DNA of 64,000 nt, taken from the IMG/VR virus record IMGVR_UViG_3300031867_000002, positions 160,633 to 224,632 of that record; one strand, 5' to 3'. The notes beneath the pieces are model-generated. The model saw nothing but the letters and a program-made list of their open reading frames with translations, did not search any database and was not told the DNA's origin. Shown one piece after another: positions 1-9,282 of this stretch. Position numbers and translations under genes: made by a program. The DNA comes from a virus (taxonomy: Duplodnaviria; Caudoviricetes). Within the stretch, counting starts at the first letter, position 1. Every line of letters starts with the position of its first letter.

Positions 1-1
1 T

Positions 2-1165
2 GTCGCTACTAAAACTGGTGCGTTTAAAGGACTAAAGACTCCTCGTGAACTTCTTAACTATAATCTTATGAGAGGTGTTACCGACTTTAGTAACCTTGAA
101 CAATGGGACCTCTACGAAAAAGGATATCCATTCCTTTGCGTAGTATCTATCCCTCAGTTCTTAAGAGACTTGGCTGAGCAAGATTCTAATATTAGAGTTA
201 TTGTAAATAACTATGTTCATATCCTTGAGAATGACTTTAGAGGTCTCGATAACGTTGATAATATCACTGGTGAAGCTGCTGAAATTACTAACGGTATTCG
301 TTCTATTAGTGTTATTAATAAGGTTATGAAACCTACAAACTCTAACTTTTCACTTAACTATTATGAACGTTCTGGCTCTATCCTGACTAAAGCACATGAA
401 CTTTATCTTACAGGTATTAAAGACCCAGACACTCAAGTTAAGCATTATCATGGTCTTATTGATGCTTGGGTATATAATGGTATTGATACAGTTTCTGGTA
501 AAGACCCTGGTCCTCATCAGGAATGCTTTTCCTTTATGTACTTCCTTACAGATAATACTATGACTAAGATTGAGCGTGCATTCCTTATTGCAGCTTGTCA
601 ACCAACAACCGCAAACTATTCTGACCTTTATACTGGTAATAAAGGTGATATCCAGTTCGCAGAAATTGGTCTTGCATTTAATGGATTCTTCATTAATAAC
701 GACTATGTATATCAGAAGGCACAAGATATGCTTCTTGCTATGCGTAATCCTTCTAATATCACTAATAGTAGAGTTATTGTTGATAGCAACAACTTTAGAT
801 ACAATGCTATTGCTCAAGCTGGTATTGCAGGTGGTACTACTAGAGGTATTGATGATAAATTTGCTACTCCAGAATACTGGTCTGAAGAAGCTGGTAGAAT
901 TGGTGTTGATAAGACATCTATCGATACTAAAGTTAATGCTGAAAATAGAGCTTACTATGGCTTTAGAATTGGTGAAGAAAGCGGTACACTTACTGGTGAC
1001 CAAACCTTTAAGTATGCTGATGCAGTTGCATCTAATAGTATAATTGGTGAGCACTTCATTAATACAGCTGATACTGCGCACAATACAAATGACCAATACG
1101 CTCAAAAGAAATTTAATCAAAAGATTACAGACCAGAATTATATTAGAAGCTACGCTGGAACGTAA
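2..1165 (+). CDS. Probable tail tube protein (phiKZ/AR9-like), 5'-truncated by the window edge
   Basis: Frame is open from nt 2 (VATKTGAFKGLKTPRELLNYNLMRG...), so the true start lies upstream. The YYERSGS..TK.HE.YLTGIKDPDTQ motif resembles tube proteins of phiKZ-related phages. High-expression codon usage; followed by a terminator. Confidence 0.6.
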   Translation, partial: VATKTGAFKGLKTPRELLNYNLMRGVTDFSNLEQWDLYEKGYPFLCVVSIPQFLRDLAEQDSNIRVIVNNYVHILENDFRGLDNVDNITGEAAEITNGIRSISVINKVMKPTNSNFSLNYYERSGSILTKAHELYLTGIKDPDTQVKHYHGLIDAWVYNGIDTVSGKDPGPHQECFSFMYFLTDNTMTKIERAFLIAACQPTTANYSDLYTGNKGDIQFAEIGLAFNGFFINNDYVYQKAQDMLLAMRNPSNITNSRVIVDSNNFRYNAIAQAGIAGGTTRGIDDKFATPEYWSEEAGRIGVDKTSIDTKVNAENRAYYGFRIGEESGTLTGDQTFKYADAVASNSIIGEHFINTADTAHNTNDQYAQKKFNQKITDQNYIRSYAGT

Positions 1166-1175
1166 TATAATAATA

Positions 1176-1207
1176 AATTCCCCAGTGACATATGTCACTG
1201 GGGATTT
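1176..1207. terminator. Bidirectional intrinsic terminator between convergent genes
   Basis: Perfect inverted repeat TCCCCAGTGACATATGTCACTGGGGA flanked by A/T tracts. Confidence 0.8.
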
Positions 1208-1208
1208 C

Positions 1209-3512
1209 TTATTCTTCACCTGTATCTTCATTATTTTCTGCAGCCATACGCTGTTTAGCTTTATGAGCAATTTCTTCCAACTCAGGAATATTAAGATAAG
1301 AACCAAGATTAAATTTGTTAATCTCACGAATAACTTCATTCTTAATTGGCTCTTCTTCATCTGGGTCAAGAATTAATTGTGCTACAGATTGAGAGTATTC
1401 ATTTACGTTAGTCATCATCTGGTTTGTATTAGTAATATTTAAGAACATTGGTGGAGGTAATACTACATTTAATGTAATATTATCATCAAACTCATTGTTA
1501 TAAATATTATTTACAATACGTGTTATATTCTTCTGAAATTTACTTTGACGATTATATACTTTACGTAAGAACTTAGATGACGACATAGTTAGCTGGGATG
1601 CATAGTCTACAGAGTTACGCATTTGAATCATTTCCATAGGAACTTCGGTTGCATTTACTGCAGCTTCTTCTAACATTGTCATCAGTTCAGTCTGATATTC
1701 TACAGATTGTCCTTGCATTACTTCAAAATCAATTGGAGTGCCACCAGGACCTCTAGGAATAATATAATCATTAAACATACCAGTTATATTAAGAATATGG
1801 TTGATATTCTCTATTTGACGAATACCAAAGTTACCTTTCTTAATCTGGTTAATGGTATTCAATAATGTCTTAGATATATTAGTGTCTACATTCTGATTTA
1901 CATAGTATACTCTTTTATCTTGAGCACGTGTCATATTCCAGATAGTATGTGTGATATACATACTAGAGAATAATGTAGCTGGGAAAAGAGACTTATCTAA
2001 ATCTGAGATACCTCTATGTGTATCTTTATTCATATTAAAATATACATGTTCCATATCTTCTGGTGGAATAAATGTAACTCTAATCTTATTCATCTTAGAA
2101 CTGTTATTATCCTGATTATATTTTAGAATAGTATAAATCTCTTGTCTTAAATCTTGGTTAGTATTAATAAACTTAGCATCAATGAAGTTAGATATTTGAT
2201 TAGATAGATAACGGATAATATTATTTTGTTTTTGACTTTGGTCCATCATACTATTTGTAGATAGAATAGAATTAGAACCTTTGAGAGACATTGTAGGGTC
2301 TTGCATTTTATCATAATCACCTACTGGATTATACGGACCCTCTACTTCAATATAATAATACCCAAAACAGTATTCATCAATATAGATTGGAATAACATGT
2401 TTTCTTTCTAATACTCTAATAATAGTACCAGGTACATTAATATATTTATCATCTTTACCTTTCTTCTTTTTAGCTTTATTTTTATCAACAAGACCTTCCT
2501 GACCTCTATCATCAAAACCTTCAAATGATAAATCATCTTTAATTATTCTATCAAATTGTCCCTTTACAACATCACGTACATTCTCAGCTGTTTCTAAAAT
2601 CGTTGCTTCTGAGAAATTTGCACCTTCATAATTCAATGACATCTCGTTCAATGATTTAACTGCTTTTTCAAAACGCATAGTATTTTCTACAATTGAATTT
2701 ATTGCTCCAGTACAACATTCTAATTGTATATTTCCCATACCAGCAGCTTCAAAATCTTTTTGTGTCAATCCTTCTGGAAATGCGTCCATTCCAATATTAC
2801 CAGATTCAGTCATGATTACTTGTTCTCTCATATTTAAATCTGCTCTAATATTATTCTTATTTCTTAATAACCTTACTACAGCTTTCTTATATGGTACATT
2901 ATATACAAATGCTTCTCCATACTTAGATGCTTTATCATAAATCTCATCTACTAAATCTTGAATTTTATAAGTTTCTTTTATATACTTAATATGCTCATTA
3001 TAAGTTTCTGTATCATTATTAATATTAGAAGATGTAATATTGATAAAATCTTTAGAGAAATGGTCTGCTGATAATACATTATCTTTTCTAGTATCTATCG
3101 CTTCTTGCAACTTAGGCATATACTTAAGGATTGTATCAATTTTATTATCATAGTCAAATACTGTAGTAGTATTATTAATAAATCCCATTAAACCAGATTC
3201 AATAACTTGATTATCATTAATGAGTTCTTCAAGTTTCTTAGCTTGTTCATCTCCAGAACCGCCTAACATTGGAGCAGCCTGTATTCTAGAATATAGAGTA
3301 GACATAGTACCGTTACCAGTATTATTCATATTATTAGTAACGATATTATCTATAGATGTATCTAGTTTAGTTTTAATATTTTCTATATCTTGTTTATTGC
3401 TAGGTTGAGAATAGTATGTCTTTTGATATAAATAGTTTAAGTTATTCTGCACTGTATCAGTAAGCTTTTTAATAAGTCCATTAGATGAACGCTGTTTCTT
3501 ATCTTTAGCCAA
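1209..3512 (-). CDS. Portal protein
   Basis: RAQDKRVYYV and DYIIPRG..G..IDFEVMQG resemble T4 gp20-type portal motifs (RAPERRVFY, EDYWLPRR). TTG start with AAAAGGAGG RBS and an upstream AACA-N6-TAA promoter. Confidence 0.75.
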   Translation of the reverse strand: MAKDKKQRSSNGLIKKLTDTVQNNLNYLYQKTYYSQPSNKQDIENIKTKLDTSIDNIVTNNMNNTGNGTMSTLYSRIQAAPMLGGSGDEQAKKLEELINDNQVIESGLMGFINNTTTVFDYDNKIDTILKYMPKLQEAIDTRKDNVLSADHFSKDFINITSSNINNDTETYNEHIKYIKETYKIQDLVDEIYDKASKYGEAFVYNVPYKKAVVRLLRNKNNIRADLNMREQVIMTESGNIGMDAFPEGLTQKDFEAAGMGNIQLECCTGAINSIVENTMRFEKAVKSLNEMSLNYEGANFSEATILETAENVRDVVKGQFDRIIKDDLSFEGFDDRGQEGLVDKNKAKKKKGKDDKYINVPGTIIRVLERKHVIPIYIDEYCFGYYYIEVEGPYNPVGDYDKMQDPTMSLKGSNSILSTNSMMDQSQKQNNIIRYLSNQISNFIDAKFINTNQDLRQEIYTILKYNQDNNSSKMNKIRVTFIPPEDMEHVYFNMNKDTHRGISDLDKSLFPATLFSSMYITHTIWNMTRAQDKRVYYVNQNVDTNISKTLLNTINQIKKGNFGIRQIENINHILNITGMFNDYIIPRGPGGTPIDFEVMQGQSVEYQTELMTMLEEAAVNATEVPMEMIQMRNSVDYASQLTMSSSKFLRKVYNRQSKFQKNITRIVNNIYNNEFDDNITLNVVLPPPMFLNITNTNQMMTNVNEYSQSVAQLILDPDEEEPIKNEVIREINKFNLGSYLNIPELEEIAHKAKQRMAAENNEDTGEE

Positions 3513-3535
3513 TTTGAATACCTCCTTTTATAATA

Positions 3536-3548
3536 TTACTAAATTGTT
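3536..3548 (-). promoter_or_regulatory. Late-type phage promoter AACA-N6-TAA (portal)
   Basis: Minus strand reads AACA atttag TAA just upstream of the RBS; one of 17 such hits. Confidence 0.75.
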
Positions 3549-3563
3549 GAAGAAGTAAAAGAA

Positions 3564-3589
3564 GAAGGGTCGGAACAAACCGACCCTTC
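3564..3589 (-). terminator. Intrinsic terminator
   Basis: GAAGGGTCGG/CCGACCCTTC stem with a T-rich tail on the minus strand, after the 3592..4194 gene. Confidence 0.75.
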
Positions 3590-3591
3590 AT

Positions 3592-4194
3592 TTATATCTT
3601 TAAGAATCTCATCATTGTCATAATATCGTTTGTTTTTTTATGTGTTGTAAATACTACGACAAAGTACTTACAGTTATCTCTTTCATATATAGACATGTCT
3701 ATTGGAGTACTTTTACTTCCTGGCAACATACAAGGAGCTACATATATAATCTTGTCTTTATATACAAATCTTCCAGCTCCTTCATCAGATTTTCTAAGAA
3801 GTATATTATTATAAAACATTTCGTCTGTATTGATATCATTTATTTTATCTATATTAGAAGCTAGAGTTATATCATCCTTAAATGTTCCTAATTGATACAT
3901 TGATTTGTCTAATAATATTTGTTTACAATAATACTGATAGGTATAACTACTACCATTTAATTGACCGAACCATGTTTCAAATGCTGGAGTTGATTTGACA
4001 ATACTATTTATACTATACATCTTGTTGAAATACTTATCTGATATAACTGGTAAGTTTATTACATTTATAGCACACGAATTTACTGAGAAGATTATATCAC
4101 CAAAGAAATTATCTCTGGTGATATATACATATTCTTCACTTGCAGTTGTTTTAAGGTCTTTTACATACTGAGTAAACATATCTAAATTATTCAT
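3592..4194 (-). CDS. Hypothetical protein, co-transcribed with the DNA polymerase N-subunit
   Basis: 200-aa ORF with GGAGG RBS, directly downstream of the polymerase gene. Confidence 0.7.
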   Translation of the reverse strand: MNNLDMFTQYVKDLKTTASEEYVYITRDNFFGDIIFSVNSCAINVINLPVISDKYFNKMYSINSIVKSTPAFETWFGQLNGSSYTYQYYCKQILLDKSMYQLGTFKDDITLASNIDKINDINTDEMFYNNILLRKSDEGAGRFVYKDKIIYVAPCMLPGSKSTPIDMSIYERDNCKYFVVVFTTHKKTNDIMTMMRFLKI

Positions 4195-4199
4195 AATTA

Positions 4200-6236
4200 T
4201 TATTCCTCCACTTGTCTAGGCTTACTATACAGATAACCGTCTTTGAGACTATTAAAGATTTCAGTAAAGTTATTAAAGTCTGTATTTTCAAATTCATATT
4301 TAGGTTGATTCATATAGCTCAAATTCTTACTTGCCATTGCGTGTACAATCTCTAAATCTCTTTCTGTAGAACATTTTACGAATACATTACGATTATCTTC
4401 TTCTGGCGTACCAGATACATCATCAAAATCATGATAAGTTAATAATCCATCAGGATATCTAACTCTTGTAAAGTATTCGATTACATCATCATATACGTCT
4501 TCATAACTTCCAAAATGGAACCAACGATGGAAAAATTCAATCCAGTTATGAGATTGTAAGTCATCCATAAATTGTGCTTCTCTCTTCCATTTAATATCGT
4601 CTCTATGAAATCTATTTTCAAATTCGTATACTCTATCTGGTATATTAAGATGACCAATAAGAGTTGTACGAGACATATTGAATTCAGATGTTATACTTGG
4701 ATACAGAGCTTTATAATCAAAGTCATCTAAGTTATCATATATAGATACTGGACGACCATTAATTCTCATCTTAGAATAATCACTATTGAGTTTAGGGTCT
4801 GCTACAAATGCACCAGGGAAAGATACCTTAGGAGTATTTGCATTTACATTATTACCTGTAATAAATCCATTCTTATAATTAAAGATAGCTTGTCTATTCT
4901 TAAGATATACAGTTTGTCTATAAATCTTACTCCAACGTGTATTGTTAAGCAATACATTATTATATGCTGAATCAATATCTGCAGACTTAAATTCAATACA
5001 ATACTGTACTATTGTGTCCATGATATTATAGAATACAAACGTCTTATAATCTTTATAAGGTAACTCAGCTAAGTTATGAGTAATATGACTATAATCAAGT
5101 TTTCTTACACCACATACCATTTGTCCGATAAAGTCTAATCTATATGATGGTAATGCTGCTCGACCTTTTCTTCTAGATGCGAAATGAATCATTTGGTCGA
5201 GATATACGGAATAAGAACTAATCTTTGCAAAGTCATTACGTTCTTCATAATTAAACTCATTTTTTTCATCAATAAAGTACTTAACTTCTTTGAATCTGAA
5301 ATCTGGACTGCACATAATCTCTTTTGGGTCACCACCAAGATTAATAATACGCTGAATGATATACGGAATATCGAATGCCATATTCCAAGCTAATACAAAA
5401 TCAGGTTTTAGATTATTGATATAATTAAACAAATGCTTAAGCATTATAAGTTCATCTTTCTCATCATAGAAATGGAACTGCACCGTCATTTGTTTTATTT
5501 TATATTTATCTGCATTTGCTAATCCACCAACTGCGTCGATTAAGAACTCTCTAAGGTCTCTTTCCATTGCTGAAGATTTAGACATCTTTTCAAATTCAGC
5601 AATCAATGGATTCTTATCATTTCTTAATAAGAATGAGTGAATAACTAATGACTGGTCATCAATAAATGATACTGCATTTATAGGACACTCACCCATTTCT
5701 ACAAAGTCACCTTTACAATTAATAGTATCAGCTTCGATATCCAAATAAGACTTAGATGTTTTCTTATAAGAATTCAAATAAGTGTGAGAAAACTGAAAAC
5801 GAATATTATCTTCAATATCCATATCAGACATTAATACCGCAGGATGATAATTGCACAAACGTTTATTCGCTTCTCTATTACCGTTACGAATATTTTCCCA
5901 GAACTTATCAAGTTCTCCGATTCTCTCAGCAATATCTTTTTGAAGCTGATTATAAGGTACCATTATACATTTACAATCTTCTAACATAGCATACTCAAGA
6001 TTATAATTTGGTATCATCAATCCATCCTTAAGCATATAATACTCGTACAACGGGTCTACAATAGTTTCTAGAAACTTTTCTCCATTTTCATTGTCTTTGA
6101 TAATAAGGTCAATAACTCCAGGTTTCCATTTACCATTATTATCCTTATGTGGATAATGATAGATTGTGTTAAATAAGGCTAAATCCCAACCAGGTGGATA
6201 ACGTCCGATTAATAAATTATTGTCGTATTCTTTCAT
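4200..6236 (-). CDS. Family-B DNA polymerase, N-terminal subunit (3'-5' exonuclease + palm motif A)
   Basis: ExoI YLDIEAD, ExoII AWNMAFDIPY, ExoIII YNIMD and motif A DFDYKALYPS; motifs B and C are absent. Start moved to ATG 6236 (GGAGG RBS, promoter at 6290-6302). Confidence 0.85.
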   Translation of the reverse strand: MKEYDNNLLIGRYPPGWDLALFNTIYHYPHKDNNGKWKPGVIDLIIKDNENGEKFLETIVDPLYEYYMLKDGLMIPNYNLEYAMLEDCKCIMVPYNQLQKDIAERIGELDKFWENIRNGNREANKRLCNYHPAVLMSDMDIEDNIRFQFSHTYLNSYKKTSKSYLDIEADTINCKGDFVEMGECPINAVSFIDDQSLVIHSFLLRNDKNPLIAEFEKMSKSSAMERDLREFLIDAVGGLANADKYKIKQMTVQFHFYDEKDELIMLKHLFNYINNLKPDFVLAWNMAFDIPYIIQRIINLGGDPKEIMCSPDFRFKEVKYFIDEKNEFNYEERNDFAKISSYSVYLDQMIHFASRRKGRAALPSYRLDFIGQMVCGVRKLDYSHITHNLAELPYKDYKTFVFYNIMDTIVQYCIEFKSADIDSAYNNVLLNNTRWSKIYRQTVYLKNRQAIFNYKNGFITGNNVNANTPKVSFPGAFVADPKLNSDYSKMRINGRPVSIYDNLDDFDYKALYPSITSEFNMSRTTLIGHLNIPDRVYEFENRFHRDDIKWKREAQFMDDLQSHNWIEFFHRWFHFGSYEDVYDDVIEYFTRVRYPDGLLTYHDFDDVSGTPEEDNRNVFVKCSTERDLEIVHAMASKNLSYMNQPKYEFENTDFNNFTEIFNSLKDGYLYSKPRQVEE

Positions 6237-6311
6237 GATATATGATTCCTCCATTTCTCTCAGCGTACGTAATACGTAACCTGAGTCATTTATATAATTG
6301 TTTCTCTTAGT

Positions 6312-6447
6312 ATAAAAAACAATATTAGTCCTCCATGGCCCCGATACCATGGAGGACTCATACAAGAGGAATAAAAACAATGCATCAAAGAGGAAATCAT
6401 TCATGCCTTCAACCAAGATAGCTTTATGGAGGCCTAAATGCTATCTT
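6312..6447 (-). ncRNA. Candidate late sRNA-1 (three anti-SD/anti-AUG modules)
   Basis: AACA tttaag TAA promoter (6446-6458), 5' hairpin AAGATAGC/GCTATCTT, CCTCC and TTCCTCT motifs, 12-bp terminator stem (6327-6358) with U tract; no credible ORF. Confidence 0.6.
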
Positions 6448-6524
6448 ACTTAAATGTTAACATACCCTATTAACCATTTATGAGAAAAACATCTTTATAA
6501 AATGCTCAAAAGGAGGAATTAATC

Positions 6525-7475
6525 ATGCAAAACTTTTTAGATATGAATGTTTTAGCTAGAGGAGCTAACATTCCGCCAGAAGATAATAATCAAAATGATA
6601 TTGTTCCAGTTGTACAAAATAGTGTTGAACCAGTTAAAAGAAAAAGAGGAAGACCTAGAAAATCCGAACAACAACAAAATACAGAAACTACTGTAGTTCA
6701 AAGAGGTTCTACTTCCTCATCTGGTCTACCATTATGCCAAACTAATGACCCGTATGAAGATACTTATGAAGAAACTAATGATATGCTCAGACTATCTATT
6801 GCTCAATTAGATATCTTGGCTGGAGATGTAAAGGGAGAAATTGATAATATCAGAGGTTCTAAAACTCTTAAAGGTAAATATAAGTATATCTCTGATTTAT
6901 GTGCTACAGCAAGTTCTCTTGTATCTTCTAAGATTTCTGCTATTAAAGAAATTAATTCTGTTAAGACTAAATGTCATGAACTTGAAATTAGAAGAATTAA
7001 AGATATTAAGTCTGCTGCAGCAAATCAGCAAGACGATGATAAATATATTGCAGACCTATATAATGCATATATTAATACACCTATTGGAGCTGGTCAACAT
7101 CCAGCACTTCAATATACATCTTCTAATGTAGCTGGTAATATGAGTGCATTAATTGGAGGAGTTAATGCTTCTCCTACAAATGAAGAGCAGAACTTTAATA
7201 ATTTTATGAATAATCTTACTCCAGAACAAAACCGTATGATTCTAGGAGATAATCCTAATATTGAAACTGTAATTGTCTATGACCCTAATACTGGTGATAA
7301 AATGTTTGATGTGGTTGATACTAGTACGGGTACTCCAGTTCCTAACTATCCAAGACCAGATAGAGGATTGCTTGATGATACTAGTATTGATTTTGCTACA
7401 GGTATTGCTTCTAATACTAATATAGGACAATCTTGGAAAGTAGTTGTATTAGGAGACATGATAAATCACTTCTAA
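6525..7475 (+). CDS. Hypothetical protein with AT-hook motif (KRKRGRPRK) and coiled coil
   Basis: 316-aa ORF, AGGAGG RBS, promoter AACA tcttta TAA at 6488-6500. Confidence 0.7.
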   Translation: MQNFLDMNVLARGANIPPEDNNQNDIVPVVQNSVEPVKRKRGRPRKSEQQQNTETTVVQRGSTSSSGLPLCQTNDPYEDTYEETNDMLRLSIAQLDILAGDVKGEIDNIRGSKTLKGKYKYISDLCATASSLVSSKISAIKEINSVKTKCHELEIRRIKDIKSAAANQQDDDKYIADLYNAYINTPIGAGQHPALQYTSSNVAGNMSALIGGVNASPTNEEQNFNNFMNNLTPEQNRMILGDNPNIETVIVYDPNTGDKMFDVVDTSTGTPVPNYPRPDRGLLDDTSIDFATGIASNTNIGQSWKVVVLGDMINHF

Positions 7476-7476
7476 T

Positions 7477-7493
7477 TATATACTATATATGTG
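7477..7493 (+). promoter_or_regulatory. Putative early promoter TATATA(C/T)TAT-N4-GTG
   Basis: TATATACTATATATGTG; the same pattern precedes five other non-structural transcription units. Confidence 0.55.
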
Positions 7494-7537
7494 ACTAGTA
7501 ATAATAGTCAAATATAATTTTGAAAGGACGATTTATC

Positions 7538-7885
7538 ATGATGAATGGAATCGAAACATTAGCAAAGGACTTCTTTAGCAACAGAAACGTATGTGAAGAA
7601 CCTAAGAATCTTAATCTTGGAGACAGAGTATTTATTGTAGATACTAGTCTTATTGACCCAGAGACAGATTTCTATGCGATTATCCCAGTAGTAGTTGTTG
7701 CTATAGATAATCGTGTAAGTAGAATTCCTGGAAGAATGTATTATTGGTTTAGAGCTGAAGGTTCTAAATTAGATGAAAGACTGAATACACAGACAGAACT
7801 AGTTCAAGGAGGTACACTGCAATACTATAAGTATTTAGAGAATACATCTCCTTATATTCTTCTGTCTAATCCTGCTGAAAAATGA
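7538..7885 (+). CDS. Small hypothetical early protein
   Basis: GAAAGGA RBS, ATG at 7538, own promoter and terminator (7891-7922). Confidence 0.7.
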   Translation: MMNGIETLAKDFFSNRNVCEEPKNLNLGDRVFIVDTSLIDPETDFYAIIPVVVVAIDNRVSRIPGRMYYWFRAEGSKLDERLNTQTELVQGGTLQYYKYLENTSPYILLSNPAEK

Positions 7886-7938
7886 TATTAAAGAATGAGC
7901 CATAACAGGCTCATTCTTTTTTGTAAAGGAGGGATAGT

Positions 7939-9240
7939 ATGGCTTATAGAGAGATACATGTAGAAGATGTAAGGAAAGAAATGCAACTTAATAAGAATAT
8001 TACTGTTGCTCCTTTACATCAAAGCTATGCATTATGCATTGAATATATGAAACATTGGTTTTTACAAAAGTTTAAAGATGATTTTTTCTCTTGGGTTCAT
8101 GTAGACGGTAGTCATGTATTTGGAGAACTATCTAAACTCGATAAACAGACTATTATGAATCATATGTCTGATGATAAAGCTATTTTAACAATGATTCCTA
8201 CTATAGATGATGATTATAATAGAGATAGACTTGACCAAAACTTATTTGGTATAGACCAATTCATTAATACTACTAAAATAGACAAGGCTTTCTTTCAAGA
8301 CCCAGTAAATCAACGTTATATCCTTATGAAAATGGATATGATGCTAATGAATTTCACTTATAGAGTAAAAGTACCGACTAGAGCTATACAATTAGACGTA
8401 CAAAAATTTATGAAGCTTGCATTTAGAACAAATCTATCAGAAACTAACGATGTAGACCTAGATTATGTATTACCATACCCAATGATGTTATTTATTGCTA
8501 AAGATTTAGGTTTTGAAATTAAAAATGATAGAATTGTAGAACCTATTAAGTTTCTTACCTATCTAAATAGTCGTTCTTACATTCCAATCACATATAAACG
8601 CTCTAATGTAAATGCTAGAGAAGAATACTTTGTGAGAGTTGACCATATCCCAGTTCGTTTACTAATAAAAGACGTTACTAAGGATGATGGCAACAAATAT
8701 GGACATATTGCAGATGATTTTAGTATAGAAATGCAGGTTGAAGTACGTTTTCCATCTATGCAACTATATGTATACTTTACTAGAGAAGAACTTACTAAAA
8801 TTACCTTTGGTGATGAAGTATATAACATTGATAATACACTTATGATGTCATTACATTATTATGATGACCCACCTCCAATCAATACAAGAGGCTGGAAGCT
8901 AACTATTAATGCACAATGGGAAGAAGAGAAACCAGGTAGTATTGATATTGACTTAAATGAGCTATTTAAAGGAGAATTATCTCAAATATCTAATTATCTA
9001 GTAAGTAAGTTTATCTCTCCATCCGTATTTATAGATATACAGCTATATAGTGGAGGTATTAAACTAGATACAGATATAAATTGGGATGATATGAAGTTAC
9101 ATGCAGATAATCCAACAGATAAACTCATTTCTACTATAGCAATTTATATTGACCTTGAATACTTAAATAGTTTAAGAGTAGAAAGTTATGGTGACACATC
9201 TGATAAAGTTCTTCCCAGCTACCCAAACAGGCTGTATTAA
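7939..9240 (+). CDS. Hypothetical protein, probably virion structural
   Basis: 433-aa ORF with AAGGAGG RBS in the structural module; no motif recognised. Confidence 0.55.
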   Translation: MAYREIHVEDVRKEMQLNKNITVAPLHQSYALCIEYMKHWFLQKFKDDFFSWVHVDGSHVFGELSKLDKQTIMNHMSDDKAILTMIPTIDDDYNRDRLDQNLFGIDQFINTTKIDKAFFQDPVNQRYILMKMDMMLMNFTYRVKVPTRAIQLDVQKFMKLAFRTNLSETNDVDLDYVLPYPMMLFIAKDLGFEIKNDRIVEPIKFLTYLNSRSYIPITYKRSNVNAREEYFVRVDHIPVRLLIKDVTKDDGNKYGHIADDFSIEMQVEVRFPSMQLYVYFTREELTKITFGDEVYNIDNTLMMSLHYYDDPPPINTRGWKLTINAQWEEEKPGSIDIDLNELFKGELSQISNYLVSKFISPSVFIDIQLYSGGIKLDTDINWDDMKLHADNPTDKLISTIAIYIDLEYLNSLRVESYGDTSDKVLPSYPNRLY

Positions 9241-9282
9241 GAACTTTTATATAAAATCACTTGTAAAGGAGGTCAATATAAT

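Noticed and set aside
350-1369. 339-aa minus-strand ORF and the many other antisense or alternate-frame ORFs in the track (e.g. 11905..12312, 14227..14883, 57312..57980, 63502..63984)
   Set aside because: They shadow strongly supported genes, lack RBSs and have the I/F/S-rich composition typical of antisense frames.
6237-6416. N-terminal extension of the DNA polymerase predicted by the ORF track
   Set aside because: It runs across a terminator and a promoter; the credible RBS and ATG are at 6236.
6326-6445. CsrA/Rsm-sponge RNA on the plus strand (several GGA motifs)
   Set aside because: The promoter and terminator U tract point to minus-strand transcription, and the GGA motifs are consistently followed by a spaced ATG, which fits anti-RBS modules better.
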